A stretch of 62,552 nucleotides of DNA, counting the filler, from Hausera hauseri (taxonomy: Eukaryota): assembly GCA_046269625.1 (NCBI GenBank). It is 13 parts of 13 records of this genome, joined end to end, with 100 filler letters (N's around TTAATTAATTAA, not from the genome) between each part and the next. Parts side by side here need not be neighbours in the genome. Positions count along the whole stretch, not along the records: positions 37,766 to 41,902 come from JBJURY010739654.1; positions 42,003 to 46,981 come from JBJURY010372481.1; positions 47,082 to 51,422 come from JBJURY010626886.1; positions 51,523 to 56,064 come from JBJURY010535009.1; 9 more parts are not named here. One strand, 5' to 3'. Below, one piece after another: positions 38,680 through 52,288 of this stretch (the first letter of the stretch is position 1; each line of letters starts with the position of its first letter). The notes under the pieces are model-generated. The model was not told the DNA's origin and made no database searches. It saw nothing but the letters and a program-made list of their open reading frames with translations. Made by a program: the position numbers and the translations under genes.

Positions 38680-38827
38680 TCAAAAGGTGACCAACCAACC
38701 GCCAACAAACGGAAATTGGCAAGCATAAGCCGGGGCGAACGGCACACCGGTCTAGTGGTACCAAATAACGGACCGGATGCCGAAGTGATGGCGACGCCCA
38801 TAACCGTGCACCACATTACCTCCTCCC
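38680..38827 (-). mobile_element. Polypurine tract and start of the 3' LTR of the gypsy element at 39230-41120
   Basis: Minus strand reads GGGAGGAGGTAA (38827-38816) immediately followed by TGTGGTGC (38815 downward). The distal LTR boundary is approximate. Confidence 0.6.
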
Positions 38828-39229
38828 GTAACAAAGACGGCATTACAATAAAGGACAAAACTACAAGGAAATAATAGCAAAAAGAAATAGTGTATATATC
38901 CTATTCAGTTTAGTATGTACCGGACGTTATACTTTGACAATATTTTGTTCTCTACTGTACTTGCTAAAGGAAACCGACTTGCGTTGCGTGATTTGTTGTT
39001 TTTCTCTCTGCTAAAATAGTTGACGTGATATTTTGTGATGATCTGAAATGTCAGCAGACTGAAGACTAGTTGGTAAATTGTTTAATGTCTCGGTCTGAGT
39101 TGACGGTGATTTTGAAAGGAGATACTGAGATGTTCGCAAGGTACAGAAAGGGTTGTATTTCAGTGCGTGATTGAAAGAAGGTAGAAAATATCGTGTGGAG
39201 TTAGGCGCTGAGTCAGACGTGTCATTAAC

Positions 39230-41120
39230 AAAAAATACCGACTTGACGTTGGTTATGTGAACGTTTTGTTCATTTCCGTTCTTAAATATCATAACCATGT
39301 GTGATGTTATGTTTAGGACATTGAAAGATCCTAAGTAATGTTACTGAAATCCAGATGGTGTAGGATTTTTCAGTCATAGGAATTTGGCATTAAATAACGA
39401 TTTAGATAAATATGACTTGTTGCCCTGTATGATTTTGCAAAAGGAATCCTGACTTAGCCAGACGAAATAATTTTGTGCAGATTGTATTGTCTCATTAGTC
39501 TGTGTGTTGTGGTGCCGAAAAGTGCTTCTGTGAGTTCACAACTTGTGGTTGTAGCAGGGTATTGAGAAACCCGAGTAATGCGAATGGAAGGATGGTGGTC
39601 CAGTTCGCATGGGTTTTTTCTTAGATTTATATTGCAATTTTAACAGTTTTGTGGAGACGCTCCAGCAAATCGTTCGACTGGGGTGGTATGGAGTTGTATG
39701 TACGTAGTTTTTGCCCAGTCAATTAACTAAGGATTTGAATAAGTTCGATTCGAAATGAGGGCCTTGATCTGTAATTATGTGATGTGGCAAACCGAACCTG
39801 CTAATCCAAATCCTTATAAAAGCATCGGCGATGGGTTCTGTATTAGTGGAGCAAAGGAAAATGGCCCCAGACAAATGAGGTGCTTGATCCACCATTGGTA
39901 AGACGAATTGATGGCCGTTGTTGGATGGTAAAGGACCAACGATATCTGGATGGAAGGATTCGAAACAGGACATACAGGGAAAACGAAATAGTGGTAGTTT
40001 AAGGTGCCTAACTGTCTTAAATTTCTGGCAAGCCACACATGGCCTAACCCAGATCTGTACGTCAGATCTCATTGATTGCCATGTTACGTGGCGTTAAAGA
40101 AGGCAGAATGTAGACTTCGCACCTGGATGTTTCAAAGAATGAATGTTATTAAAAGCTGTCTGTCGAAGAGCTGGTGACAAAATCTGTAAGTAATTCCCAG
40201 TTTGCTAGGTGTCCATGCTACACCGTCGATGATTTTGACTGCTTTATATTGGCTAAGTATCTCAGTGATTGGAGAGTTTGAATTAGTTGGTCTTTGAAGA
40301 AAACAGATGTGACACTTATCTCATCAACCGACTAAAAGTCAGCAATTAAATTTTCTATGACAGAAATATAGCAAATTTTAAATTTAAACGTTGATAAATA
40401 TGAAACATGACGTTCCTGCTGGGGTGATGGATTTATTATGCTCATAATGTGAAAAAGAAGCTTGTGGTCAGTTTGAATTGCAAAGAAACGAGCGACGAGG
40501 TGTGAAAAGTGTTTGAGTGCTAAAATGATGGCTTACAGCTCTCTATCAAAGGGGGAATAACGATGTTTTTGTGGCTGTAACTTTCGTGAGAAAAATTCGA
40601 GTTATTCATTTGTTCCTTGATAAGTTTGTTGAAGAATTGCTTCGACTGTTGTTGTTGATGCATCAGTTGTTAGGATGAGATCGCGTCAGGCTTTGGATAG
40701 GCTAAAATTTCAACCATTTTAATGCTGTTCTGAAATTCATCAAATTGGTTTACAAGTTCCGAAGTCCATTATAAAGGCCGATTCTTTTTTTCTTCTCCTA
40801 GTTGAGCGAAAGTGGCAGTTAGCTGACTGGGATGTGGTACGTATTTGTGAATGAAATGCAAAGTCCCAAGGAAACGGCGCATATCAGTTGTGGTTTTAGG
40901 TAATGCGACATATTTTAATTCTTCGGCTCTATCGGGTGTGGACTATGTCCACCAGGTGTGATAATATGGCCCAGAAAATTTACTTTTTTCGGAAAGAATA
41001 AATACATAGCGAAGTTGACTTGCAAGTTGTTATTATGCAAGCGTTGAAAGACTATTTTGAGGTGCTCGTCGTGTTGTTAGGGTAAATTTGATGCGACCAG
41101 TATATCGTCGATGCATGGAT
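39230..41120 (-). mobile_element. pol: Ty3/gypsy pol remnant (RT, RNase H, integrase), CsRn1-like
   Basis: CIDDILVAS, VNFLGH, LTTDAS, FFSRKL..YSPFDREL, HPG...CVACQ, DIVGPLP and WISRFGLP..IITDQG..FES. Confidence 0.9.
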
Positions 41121-42002
41121 TGTTGTTATAATCCAATACCTTCTGAATTACCGAAATCGTCAAATGAAATTTAAAGTTCTCGCGGGTCCGAGGATGGTCC
41201 GACATCGAAGGATGCCTGCATCCCATGTATTACCTCCACAATATTGATCCCAAATAAACCTAGGTTCGTTTATCGACAAAAGAAATATATTCAAACACAA
41301 ACGAATACACACAATTTTCAGCGGCACATTCAATTAATTAATACTACTAATTCGCCTTAACAAATTATTTTACTAATTTTAATAACAAGAATCACAAACT
41401 ACTAAACCGACTACAGAATTATCAAAATTACAAAACTATGAAATTTACGCTCAATAAAACAAAACTCTTAAACAAAATTAATGACCCTTACCAAGTTCAT
41501 CCTCAACATTCCGGATCACTATATTGTTGTTAATTTCTGGACCCACGCCGGATACCTCATCTTGCTGAATTCTTTGTGGATTCATCCCTGTAGCAATTTG
41601 ATAGTAAGTAGAACGTGAACCTTCAATTAAATATAAGACAAACAACTAATGTCTTCACAACTTACTTTAGGACTGTGTTGATATCAACGTATTTCTTCTA
41701 GGTTCGGCTTCCTCGTAGAGTTACAGCTCTGTCGTAGAAAATTGGTTCTCCACAAAATCTGTCACAAAAAGATCGCAAAAGTTTTGTTGAGTTGTCGTCG
41801 CGAAATAAAAAATGTGTCTGAGTGGTCGTTTGGACGCAGTTTATATAGTATTTTGGACGACCATTATCGTTAATCAAATCTGGAACGATAAACAAATTGA
41901 CGNNNNNNNNNNNNNNNNNNNNNNNNNNNNNNNNNNNNNNNNNNNNTTAATTAATTAANNNNNNNNNNNNNNNNNNNNNNNNNNNNNNNNNNNNNNNNNN
42001 NN

Positions 42003-45000
42003 TATTCCACCGAGAACAGAGATAATAATCTATGCGCAAATTCAACCGGTATATTTTGAACCAAAGGAGACATTAAATCCGAATATAATACCTAGTCACA
42101 CACTGACAAGAGTACACACTGGTCGTGTACCGATCAGAATAGAAAATAATGCACCAACCCCGTCAAGCTTCATGCCTATACTACTTTAGGAAATACTTAG
42201 TGTCATCTGTAACTATAGAAGAAAAGCCTTATAAGTATGCTGAATTCCCACCTCATGTCGAAACTAAGTTTTCTCCCCAATCTTGTCGATTCTACAAGTT
42301 ATTATGCCGCTATAAGTCGATTATTGCTAAGGACGACGAAGACATTGGTAGGGCAAAGGCATTAAGGTTAACTATTCCGCTTAAGAAAAAATCCGGTTCA
42401 AATAAAGAGATAGATCTTCAAGATCAAAATATAACGAAATGGTATTCTCCGCCACATTCATTAAGGCCCGAGATAACAAAAGTTGAACGAATGCTTAAAG
42501 GTGATATAATTAGGCCTAGTTATGGATCTTGGTTTCACCAATCCTCATGGTTAAGAAAGGTACTACAAAGTATTGACTACAGAGCATTAAATAATCTCAT
42601 GATGAAGGATTCTTTTCCATTGCCATCATTAAAAGAGGCTCTAGACAGGCTCAGGAGCAAAATGGTTTACCACTCTGGATTTACAAACCGGATATTGGCA
42701 GGTAGAAATCGAGGACGAAGATCGGTATAAAACCGCATTGAAAACATACGATGGCCTTTGCGAATTCAACGTCATGCCGTTCGGTATTACTACAAGACCA
42801 GCCATTTTTAAAGAATGATGAACAAAGTGTTAATTGGATTAGATCATGCTTCTGCATACTTAGATGATGTAATGATAACGTCAAAGACGGAAGAACATTT
42901 AAAGGATATTGAGCATACACTTAAGACTAGAACAATCAGGATTAAAATTAAACCCAAAGAAATGTAAATATGTTCAAAATGCAGTATCCTACCTTGGTCA
43001 TATAGTTGGAGGAGGATCAAAACCAGATAAATCACTGTTGAACAAAACATCAGACTGCATGGACTCAAAATCAGAAAGAGTTAAGGCACTGGCTAGGCCT
43101 CTGGATATTATACCACTTACGTGTCAAACAACTCGAAAATATATGCACCCTTATATCGACTTCTTAAAAAAGGAATTAAATGGAAATGGACAGACGTCGA
43201 ACAAAAAGCTTTAGACGAGATGAAAAAAATATTAACAAATGAACCAGTTTTACGATACCCAGACTTTAACTTACCCTTTATAATCAAGACAGATGCCAGT
43301 AAAGAAGGCATTGGATATGAATTAGCGCAGCAAAGAGAAGATAAAAAATTAGAACACCCAATTGCTTATGGAGGACGTTCCTAGAAGGCCGAAAAAATTA
43401 TTCTGTTACCGAATTAGAAACTCTAGTTGCAAAAGAACTTCGACACTTAAACGTTTACGTGTACGGGCAGAAAATTCTAATTGTTACTGATCACAAAACC
43501 GTCACAACTTTAAAAGGGCGAGCAAATAATCCGACATGCAGACTTAACAGATGGATCGAAGAAATCTCTAGATACAATATCGAATTCCAGTGTAAGCCAG
43601 AAAATAAACATATAGATGCCGTGTGCTATCAAAATTAAAGACCAAGACAAGTGCAATCACTATAATGAAGAAAAGTCAGCTTTAAGAAATAATAAATCGC
43701 CAACGCGCCTTAACGATGGATAAAGCGATTAAAATCTCAACCGAACAAAGAAAGAATAGAATTATCCGGCAAATTATAGAATTTGCTGAGGACATAGTAC
43801 CAAAAGGACGTCAATTAAAGAAGCAACTGCGTAGACACGGACACAAATATTGCGTTCTGAACAAGGGTCTTAAAAATTCCTATATTATGAGCGAAAAGGA
43901 AGAAAACTGATAGTTATTCAGAAAAATTTACGAAATGAAGTTCTGATGTCAGAATATGATTCGTATTTGGCAAGACATGTCCTGAAAGAAAACGTTAGAA
44001 AGAATATTGAATAAATTCTTTTGGCCCAGAATTTATATTGATGTAAAAACTGGGTAAATGCTCGTGAAGTATGTGCGACCAAACAAAAAAGACGACAAAT
44101 TACATGGCGGAACTGAAACCAATCGACGTACAGCACAGACTTATGCAAGCCATGTCAATGGATATAGTAGCACCGCTCCCTACGATCCACAAAAACAATA
44201 TATTTTGACTTGTATTGATCGACTAATTCATTTTGTCGAGTTGATAGCGTTAATTGATCAAAAGGCAAAAACTTTGGCAGAAGCTGTAGTAAGAATCATA
44301 TGCCGATATGGACCTCCAGACCAAATATTGACAGATCGAGGAAGAAATTTTACAAGTGAACTCTTCAAAAAGATTACCAAAATATTTAAAATTGAACGGT
44401 TAACTACTACCGCGTATCACCCTCAGTGTAATGGAATGGTTAAACGAATGAATGCAACTGTCATACGCATACTATCAACAGTAGTAGCTAAGGACCAAAA
44501 AGATTTTGACGAATTTTTAGAAGGAACTCAATTTGCAATTAATACCACTCCACATCCGGCAACAGGATTTACGCCATTTTTCATGATATATGGACGTGAA
44601 GCTGTATTACCAACAGACTTAGAAATGACGCCATACACGGTCAATCCCGAAGACTTCGAACAAAACTTTGCAGAAGTATTACAGACGCGGCTACAAAAAT
44701 GTTGGGAAATCGACAAGGAGTTATCCCATGAATATCAAGAACAGTTTAAAAAGCAATATGATAAGAAAGCGAAACCACATGATTTAGAACGAGAAAATTG
44801 GGTTTACGTACATTATCCAGTAGCCAAGAAAGGTACGTCATTAAAACTGATTTGTACAGGCAGAGGACCGTACGAAGTTACCAGAGTTACGCCAACTACA
44901 GTGTACATCAACAAGAATGGAAAGGTAGAAGTCGTGTCAATACAAAGAGTTGTCAAGATGGAGATACGGCCCAATAAACATTACAAGTTACACCAACGCG

Positions 45001-45065
45001 AGACAAAAACCTCTTCAATAATTGCTAGACCGATATCATACGTTCAGATAGTTTTAGCACTATAG
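42003..45065 (+). mobile_element. pol: Ty3/gypsy pol remnant (RT, RNase H, integrase with GPY motif)
   Basis: IDYRALN, FPLP, GYWQ, MPFG, AYLDDV, YLGH, PVLRYPDF..IKTDAS, YSVTELE, TDH, LTCID, LTDRGRNFTS, YHPQCNG and GPY; frameshifted. Confidence 0.95.
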
Positions 45066-46432
45066 TTAATTGCTTCTTATATCCCAAGAACACAAACTCA
45101 ATGGTGGGATAATAAAACTACGCTGGGAGATGTATACGGAATACGAAAAAGCGGACTAAAGGCAAAAAATACCATAGCGGAAAAGAAACCAACAACCAAA
45201 GAGATCCAGAAACGAGAAAACACTATTTTGTTACAATCAATGAAGGTTCATTACTTTTCGCCAGACTCTGTGTGGGATTTACAACTTTGAAACCGCATCA
45301 TGATTTTTGAAGATTTCAAATTGTCCTATACGATGTAACAACAAAAGAAGCGAAAAACTGATTTTGAACCCGGAGATTATACACAATGCTGCGACAGATG
45401 TTGGACACATTTACATCCTTACTTATCGACTATACTTACCAGACTCATCAGAAGTCTACACCGAAGTAAACCCACAACTTCAGTTTGTTATTCCCATTTG
45501 GATCAAACGATTTGAAGTAAAGCCCAACGAAATGCTTCAATCCACAGACCAAAACGTAAGGTTATTAGATAAGAATATTAGAGGAATCTCAGTAAACAAA
45601 GGTAGACGATGTATCCAAGTAGATGCTCGACGGGAATTAACCCATAATCAAGAAATCAGTACTGATTTTGAAGCAGTAAATGGAATAACTCCGAAAATAA
45701 TTTACTGTTCTGTTCATGCCGGTGTACAACACTCATGTTGTAAGATACCAGTAAACCAAGAATTCAAAATAAAATTTGACCTATATAAAGTACAACCGAA
45801 TAAACCGAGCAAACATTTGCGAACCTATTACCCAGAGAATAGAATATGGAGGATTACAACAGAAACAACAAACGAAAAGCCGACTACTCGAGTCAGTGTC
45901 ATTACGAGACCCGTTACATCAAGCCGTGTGCCTAAGAGAATTAGAAAGTGTACCTATTAAATATTCGGCACATCGATTTAAAATTGTGTTCTTTACAGAA
46001 GAAAAGCTAAATTACGATATACATATAAGCTGCCAAACAACTTAAAATAATCAAATTGTAACACTACTTAAAAATACTTATCAGACAGAATGCAGTTTGT
46101 TAAAATCACAATCCGATTATATAGTCCAAGTATATACAAAAGATAAACAAAACCAAACAATTACATCGCATACCTTAGACGAAATTCGTGCAGAATCTCA
46201 TATAGATAAAAAAAACGATGTAATCACAACTCCAGTCCCCTCACAAGCACCAATGGGATTAACTACTTTACCAGTTGTTTCCATTGTCGTACTATCAACG
46301 TTTGTTCTCATTATATTAAATGCGATTTTTCTATTAGTTGACAAAAATTGTCATTCTAAGCGTCCTAAAATTATAGAATAGGAACTAAGGGAATTGGAAA
46401 CCCCTATTGATCCGTATGATAAAATAACTTGA
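45030..46432 (+). pseudogene. Env-position type I membrane protein after the gypsy integrase (signal-like stretch, FN3-like module, C-terminal TM)
   Basis: Hydrophobic YVQIVLAL*LIASYIPRTQT continues in the integrase frame; Cys-containing ectodomain; LKSQSDYIVQVYT; TM LPVVSIVVLSTFVLIILNAIFLLV followed by a basic tail. Confidence 0.55.
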
Positions 46433-46534
46433 CAACTACAGAGCGGGTTATTCTACCATCTAACAAAGAATTGGTTTCATTTTAAGACCATACTTTGTTG
46501 TAAGATTAACCATTACTGTTTATTTTTTAGACTG

Positions 46535-46981
46535 ATGAGTAAAGAGAGAGTTATAAAAACGGATACCGGACGACCTAGAATCGATGGACCGCAATCTATC
46601 CAAGAACGAGAACGATGTAGTATCGATAACGCACCAAAACGCCGAATTAGTATCGACGAGTTCCTGCAAAATTACGCTACCATCTTCCTCCCAAATTCGA
46701 AATCCATATATCGAGAAATTCATAACGAATTGCATGAAAAAACCTTCGTGAAGTATAATCAGACGAGTAAAATTCCTAACAATTTAAAGGGTATGACAGA
46801 AGAAAATAGAATTGTTTACCTTTACGCCATGAGAGAAGACAAAGATGCCCGAGCTTACTCACTCAAACAGATGATCACGTACGAACATCATCAGAGTATT
46901 TATATCCACCTGGCAGATTGTGAGAGTAATGGAGCAGCAAAAATAAATAATAAGCAAATTATTATTTATTTTAATTTGTTT
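46535..46981 (+). CDS. Orphan ORF downstream of the gypsy membrane ORF, truncated by the linker
   Basis: Open frame of ~149 codons; no recognisable domain. Confidence 0.35.
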
Positions 46982-47081
46982 NNNNNNNNNNNNNNNNNNN
47001 NNNNNNNNNNNNNNNNNNNNNNNNNTTAATTAATTAANNNNNNNNNNNNNNNNNNNNNNNNNNNNNNNNNNNNNNNNNNNN

Positions 47082-47884
47082 TAATTATTTCCATTCTATA
47101 TTTTCACAAGTGGACGTTTTATTCAACGTACTTTGATTACACCCAGACAAAATACAAACGCTCTGAAATCTTATTTGGAAGCTACTCTTATTTGTGGCCA
47201 AGATGAATGGATATGATGGGGAAATTGCGCTCGGACATATTCGCTCAAGACCGTTACATTTTAAATGGAGTTGATGTAAAAATCAAATTAATATCATTAA
47301 AGGATTTCTTTAAGATAAATACATTCATTATAACTTATCTAAAGCCAAACTCAATCCTTCCGTTCTTTAGGTCACAAAAAGTGTTTAATGGACCCAATGT
47401 TAAATATCCAATTAAGAGGGTTCTTTTGACAACACTTGGGATTCATAAAGGCATACTATCGCGCACACAAGACAATCTCTTTCTCAGACAGACCCACACG
47501 CGCCTTGTGATCGGCCAATGCCTTTAATTGAGCCCATTCAGCTAACCCATTCAATTTTGAACATATTTAAATGTTACACCTGATGGCAGAACCATTACAG
47601 GAAAATCATTTGTCACCGATTTCGAAAACGATCATTACGTCAGAAAATTTCGGTTTTGTTGGCAAAGATGCAGGTAACAATGTTGATTACATAGTTTGAA
47701 GGACGGATACAGTTTATTCACGATAAACCTGAGCCCAAGGTAATTTAATTCGAGACCACTTTCTTTAGAGTTTAAATTTTCGGCTGTAACAACAGAGCCG
47801 TTACAAGTAGTTATCTTCTCAGAATTCCATGCAATTATTGAAATTGCAAAGTCTAGATAAATATTACTGTGTTACGTTTCGTAA
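47082..47884 (+). pseudogene. Polinton major capsid protein (double jelly-roll) remnant with internal deletions
   Basis: NYFHSIFSQVDV, MGKLRSDIFAQDRYILNGVDVKIKL, KYPIKRV, QDNLF..Q...RLVIG, NPFNFEH and LEFKF...VVIFSEF..IIEI. Confidence 0.88.
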
Positions 47885-47885
47885 A

Positions 47886-48343
47886 ATGACCACGCAACAA
47901 TTTTTAACGAACTACAACTCGACATTTACGTGCAGCGTACTACTCCAATGGTAGTGGTGCGTGCCATGTTACCCACATATATCGAACCAAATGAACATGT
48001 GGCTTTTGTTGCAAACACAGATCCCAGTGATAAACGGGGTTCACATTGGATGAACCTTTATTACGATGGGCTGGATACATTTCATTATTTCGACTCGTTT
48101 AGTTTGCCTCCCTTACAGGCAGACATTTTGAATTTTATTAAACAAAATTCCAATATGCCCTACGTATACAATGCCAAGGTTTTACAAGATGTGTTGAGTA
48201 ATACTTGTGGGCCATATGCCATTTATTTTATACTTACTAAAGTCAGAGGCGGATCTATGAATCGCATCCTTGCACCAATTTCAAATCATAGACAATATAT
48301 TAACGATCTTAATATCATGTCTAGTGCGACCTTGGCTACGTAA
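47886..48343 (+). pseudogene. Polinton adenain-like cysteine protease, N-terminus frameshifted
   Basis: VANTDPS...GSHW, YFDSF and Q...SNTCGPY give the catalytic His/Asp/Gln/Cys pattern; directly follows the capsid gene. Confidence 0.9.
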
Positions 48344-48464
48344 AAGCAAGCTTGACTTCTGTAAATAGCCACGATGTGAGAAATAACAATGACGAAATTA
48401 ATAAGGTTTAAACTGGTTAACAAGCTATATAAGACGCTATCACACTGAACTGTTTCATGTCAAA

Positions 48465-49125
48465 ATGTTTGCAAGAATTGATAACTGTGTTTTTGTCATG
48501 GGTGATGCTGTACTTGTAAAACAGCTAACTCTTATGAAACAGATTACTGTTTCACCATATCAAAAAACGGTGTTAGTAAACATAAGACGTTACTATGGGG
48601 AAAGTAACATAAAGTTCCCAACAAAAACTGGAATCACATTAACTCGTGAAGAATTTGAACAATTGTTTGATTTAAAGAGTGACATTATATCTGCTTTTAA
48701 TTATGTAACAACAGAACCAGTCCAAGGTGGTGTACCTGACACTTTATCGAACTTGTATGACCAGTCAACACAAACCGAGCAGAGCATTATGCCATTAGTA
48801 TCCAATAAACCGAATATTTTTTATGACCCAGTCACGCAATCCGAACCTATTTTTTTTTTTTTACCTTTCTATGACAAGTCCAAGCAAACCGAGCAGAACA
48901 TTATGCCCTTGGTGTTGAATGAAACCGGTCCTTTCCAGACTTTTGATCCAGTGTTATGACAAGCCCAAGAAAAGCTTTTCAAATGAATATGTACATGTTC
49001 CACATACGTCCACGCAAGCTGAATCGACACCCTCGTTTGTATCGTTGTCAAATGAATTTGAGTCCATGTCAAATGAACTTTTACAAATAAAGAAGAAGAA
49101 AGCAAAGAAACCAAAACTTGAATAA
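48465..49125 (+). CDS. PC4/Sub1-like ssDNA-binding protein with a repetitive TQT-motif tail and basic C-terminus (one frameshift near 48940)
   Basis: ITVSPYQKTVLVNIRRYY...PTKTGITLTREEFEQL matches the PC4 pattern. TATATAAG at ~48426; AATAAA at and after the stop. Confidence 0.75.
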
Positions 49126-49934
49126 AGTTGTGAATTTAAAGTCTTTGTTAGTTTCAAAATACAAAAGCACTGTAAATAAAACCTTTTTTAATTGTATTTT
49201 CAGTATGTTTGTGTGTGTGTGTGTGTGTCTGTTTGTATGTATAAAAATTTTTCAACACAAAGATTTAAGAATTTACTCTCGCTCTGGCTGAAGGTAAAAG
49301 ACCAGACACCAAATGACTCCTAACAGATAATCACTCAATAAATTCATTCACTGTCTCAATTCTACACGAAGATAGTTGGGGCTGCAATTTAACCAGCCAG
49401 GCTATGACTCAGCAAAAACTTTGGTCCCGACTTGTCCACAATCTTCGAAATACCATAAACAAATCTTTCTTAAATGGTAATTGGAACTGACAGAGTAAAT
49501 TAGGCACACTTGCCCAACACGGAAAAATGACCCAGGCACATTCACGTTTTGGTGCCTACCAGTCTACAACGCTACCTACAAAAATATGATGAATTTTTTT
49601 GCCAAAACGTTACACTATTTTCTGCTACAAAATTAAAAAAAAAAAACCCATTTAAATATTTTCTCCTACAAAAATCTTTAAAATTTATCTTCACCTTTGT
49701 CCTACAAAACTGAAACCTACAAAAAAAAAAAAAAAAAAATTTAAAATCTTTTCTCATAACATTTTCTTTCCACTTGTCTTAAAATACACTTTCTTAACAT
49801 ACTGCAGCTTTCACTGGGCAGACAAGTTTGATTAACAGTTATTGTAACCTCTATGCCATAGCGGGAAACGTGGCGAAAATTCACCACTAATCTTATCTCA
49901 CTCAGCCCAGACATCAGACATATTTGACAGGTGT

Positions 49935-50760
49935 CAAATCATCATCATTATCACGAGCCGTTGGGGGATGGTTATGTCCTTTTAGTTGTATATGGGCGTG
50001 TGTATAGGGAAATGTCGTGTTTTGTATCTTGGTAAAGTTGAAGTGATAGGGGAATGTGGTGATGGTTCATTTTTTATTAATTATCATCATCATTATCATG
50101 TGCCGTTGGAGGATGGTTATGTACTTTTAGTTGTATATGGGTGTGTTGGTTAGGGGAAATGTTGCTGTTTTGTGTCTTGGTAACGTTGTAGTGATAGGGG
50201 AATGTGGTGATGGGATATTTTTCATTAGTTATCAGCATCATCATCACGAGCCGTTGGTCGGAAGTTTGGTGGTTTGTGGGAAATGTTGTATTTTTTAGTG
50301 TCTGGTCTCTTGTTGGTTTGTTCTGTCAGTCGACCTTATCGTTGCTTGTCTACAAATCATCGTCATTATCATGTGCCGTTGGTGGATTTGTAGTGTTGTA
50401 GTGATAGTTGTATAGGGAAATGTCGCCTTTATAGTGTCTTCGTGTATCTTGGTAAAGTTGTAGTGATAGGGGAATGTGGTGCTGGGTCATTTTTTATTAA
50501 TAATTATCATCATTATCACGAGCCGTTGGTGGAAAGTTTCCGGGTTTTGTGGGAAATGTTGACTTTTTGTGTCTCAGTAAAGTTTTAGGTTAGGGGAATG
50601 TGTCTAGTTAGTAATCGTGTGTCGTTGGGTGATGGTTCGGTACTTTAAGTGATATTTCTATTGGGAAATGCTTTTTTTTTTTAGTGTCTGGTCTCTTGTT
50701 TTGTTGGGCTGTCAGTCGACATTATCATTGCTTGTCTACAAATCCTCATCATTATCACGG
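49935..50760. repeat. Degenerate ~130-240-bp tandem array (core atcatcattatcacgagccgttgg...gtgataggggaatgtggtg)
   Basis: Core recurs near 49940, 50085, 50230, 50355, 50505 and 50745. Probably Polinton subterminal repeats (inference). Confidence 0.75.
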
Positions 50761-51522
50761 TTCTTCGTGGACTTTTAGTGAAACATGTCGTCCTTATAGT
50801 GAAAGCTTAGTCCGATACCGACAGCGAGTTGGCCTTTTAGCACGAACGTCATGTTCGTATAGTGGAAGTTGCATGTCTTTAAACACTGTTTGTGTAGATG
50901 TCGTTAACGAATGGGCTTTGTCGCTAAGCTTTTCCTCGTGACAAAAGTCACGCGTCATTAGACAAATAGGGCACGAGGCTTTGACAAACATGTCGAAAGC
51001 TTTTCACGTGATTGCCGTTACGGGTCACTGATCAAGGTCACAGGTTACGATTGGTCGTTGTTCCACGCGATTGTCGTTACGGTTCGCTGATCAAGGTTAT
51101 CGAGCACGTGGTGTATACAAATACCGGTGACTCGGCTTTGTCTGTAAACGTTTAGGAGACAAGTTACAAGGTTAGTAATATTAAGAAAAAGAATTTATGG
51201 TTAGTGTAGTGTTGTAAAAGAATCTATCTTTAGTCGTTGTATTAGTGAAATGTTAGTGAAAATTAATACTGTTGTAAAAGAATTTAGTGTTCTTAAGAAA
51301 AAAGGCTTTATGCTTGTATTCAACAATGCTAGTAAAAAAGTTAGTGTTGTAAAAGAAGTTATTAAGAAAAAATAATTTAGTGTTCATATTTTGTATATTC
51401 CACAGATCGCTTCGCACAGTTGNNNNNNNNNNNNNNNNNNNNNNNNNNNNNNNNNNNNNNNNNNNNTTAATTAATTAANNNNNNNNNNNNNNNNNNNNNN
51501 NNNNNNNNNNNNNNNNNNNNNN

Positions 51523-51830
51523 TTGCACATGTAAAACGACTAAACACATCAATACACGTCACCACGTACCGATGTCAATCATCAATGCTAGTAAACGGGA
51601 TCATTTCCATCAGATACATTTGCCATACATTATTTGCGCCTGCAGCACGGTCTGCACGAGTTGGAAACCGTTTTCTTCTCGTTTTTTTTCAGGTTGTATG
51701 CTAATTGTTTCCCAAGCTATTATTTCGTTTGTCGTCCACTTTGCTGCACAGTCTTTGGAAGTTTGTCGACGCCAATATACAAAACGGGATGATGCGGATC
51801 GAATCACACGTCCCCATCATCAGTGTTTTC
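51523..51830 (-). pseudogene. Polinton retroviral-like integrase, N-terminal remnant
   Basis: FDPHHPVLYIGVDKL...QLAYNL..RRKRFPTR...NNVWQMYLMEM...RYVVTCIDVFSRF; truncated by the linker. Confidence 0.85.
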
Positions 51831-51955
51831 AATGTCGATTTTGTGCGCATAACAACAATTAGACCGGAAAGTGAATTAAAGATTTGGTAAATTGGGACAT
51901 GACGATGAAAACTATGCACCCATATCGCCGAAACATAATATACTTACATTCACAT

Positions 51956-52288
51956 TTATACTACACTGCTGTTGCCACCAATGATATTACCCAGTAATGA
52001 TATGACAACCGGTAGAATTGCATCAAGGAATCCTCCGTCTTGCTGATATATGACCTTTCATTTGAGTCGTTTACTACGAGAATTGGCAAGGCCAATGAAT
52101 CGTTTTTGCTATTTTAGTGAATTTTGCGTTCCGCTATCAGTGTCTACGTGATTCACAACAATATTGTACAAAATATACATTTGTTCGTCTACTACAAGTT
52201 TCGGGAATTATCGTAGCGTGATTCATTTATGTATCGGCGTTGCTTTAAGTAAAGCAATAAAGTACGGTTGACTACGTTCGAAACGCAT
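51956..52288 (-). pseudogene. Small basic Polinton core-like protein with a GG|F protease-site motif
   Basis: MRFERSQPYFIALLKA...ILYNIV...QQDGGFLDAILPVVISLLG with four in-frame stops; pattern typical of the conserved small Polinton ORF. Confidence 0.7.

Noticed and set aside
37766-38680. Decayed minus-strand coding-like region
   Set aside because: Probably retroelement-derived, but no motif could be identified.
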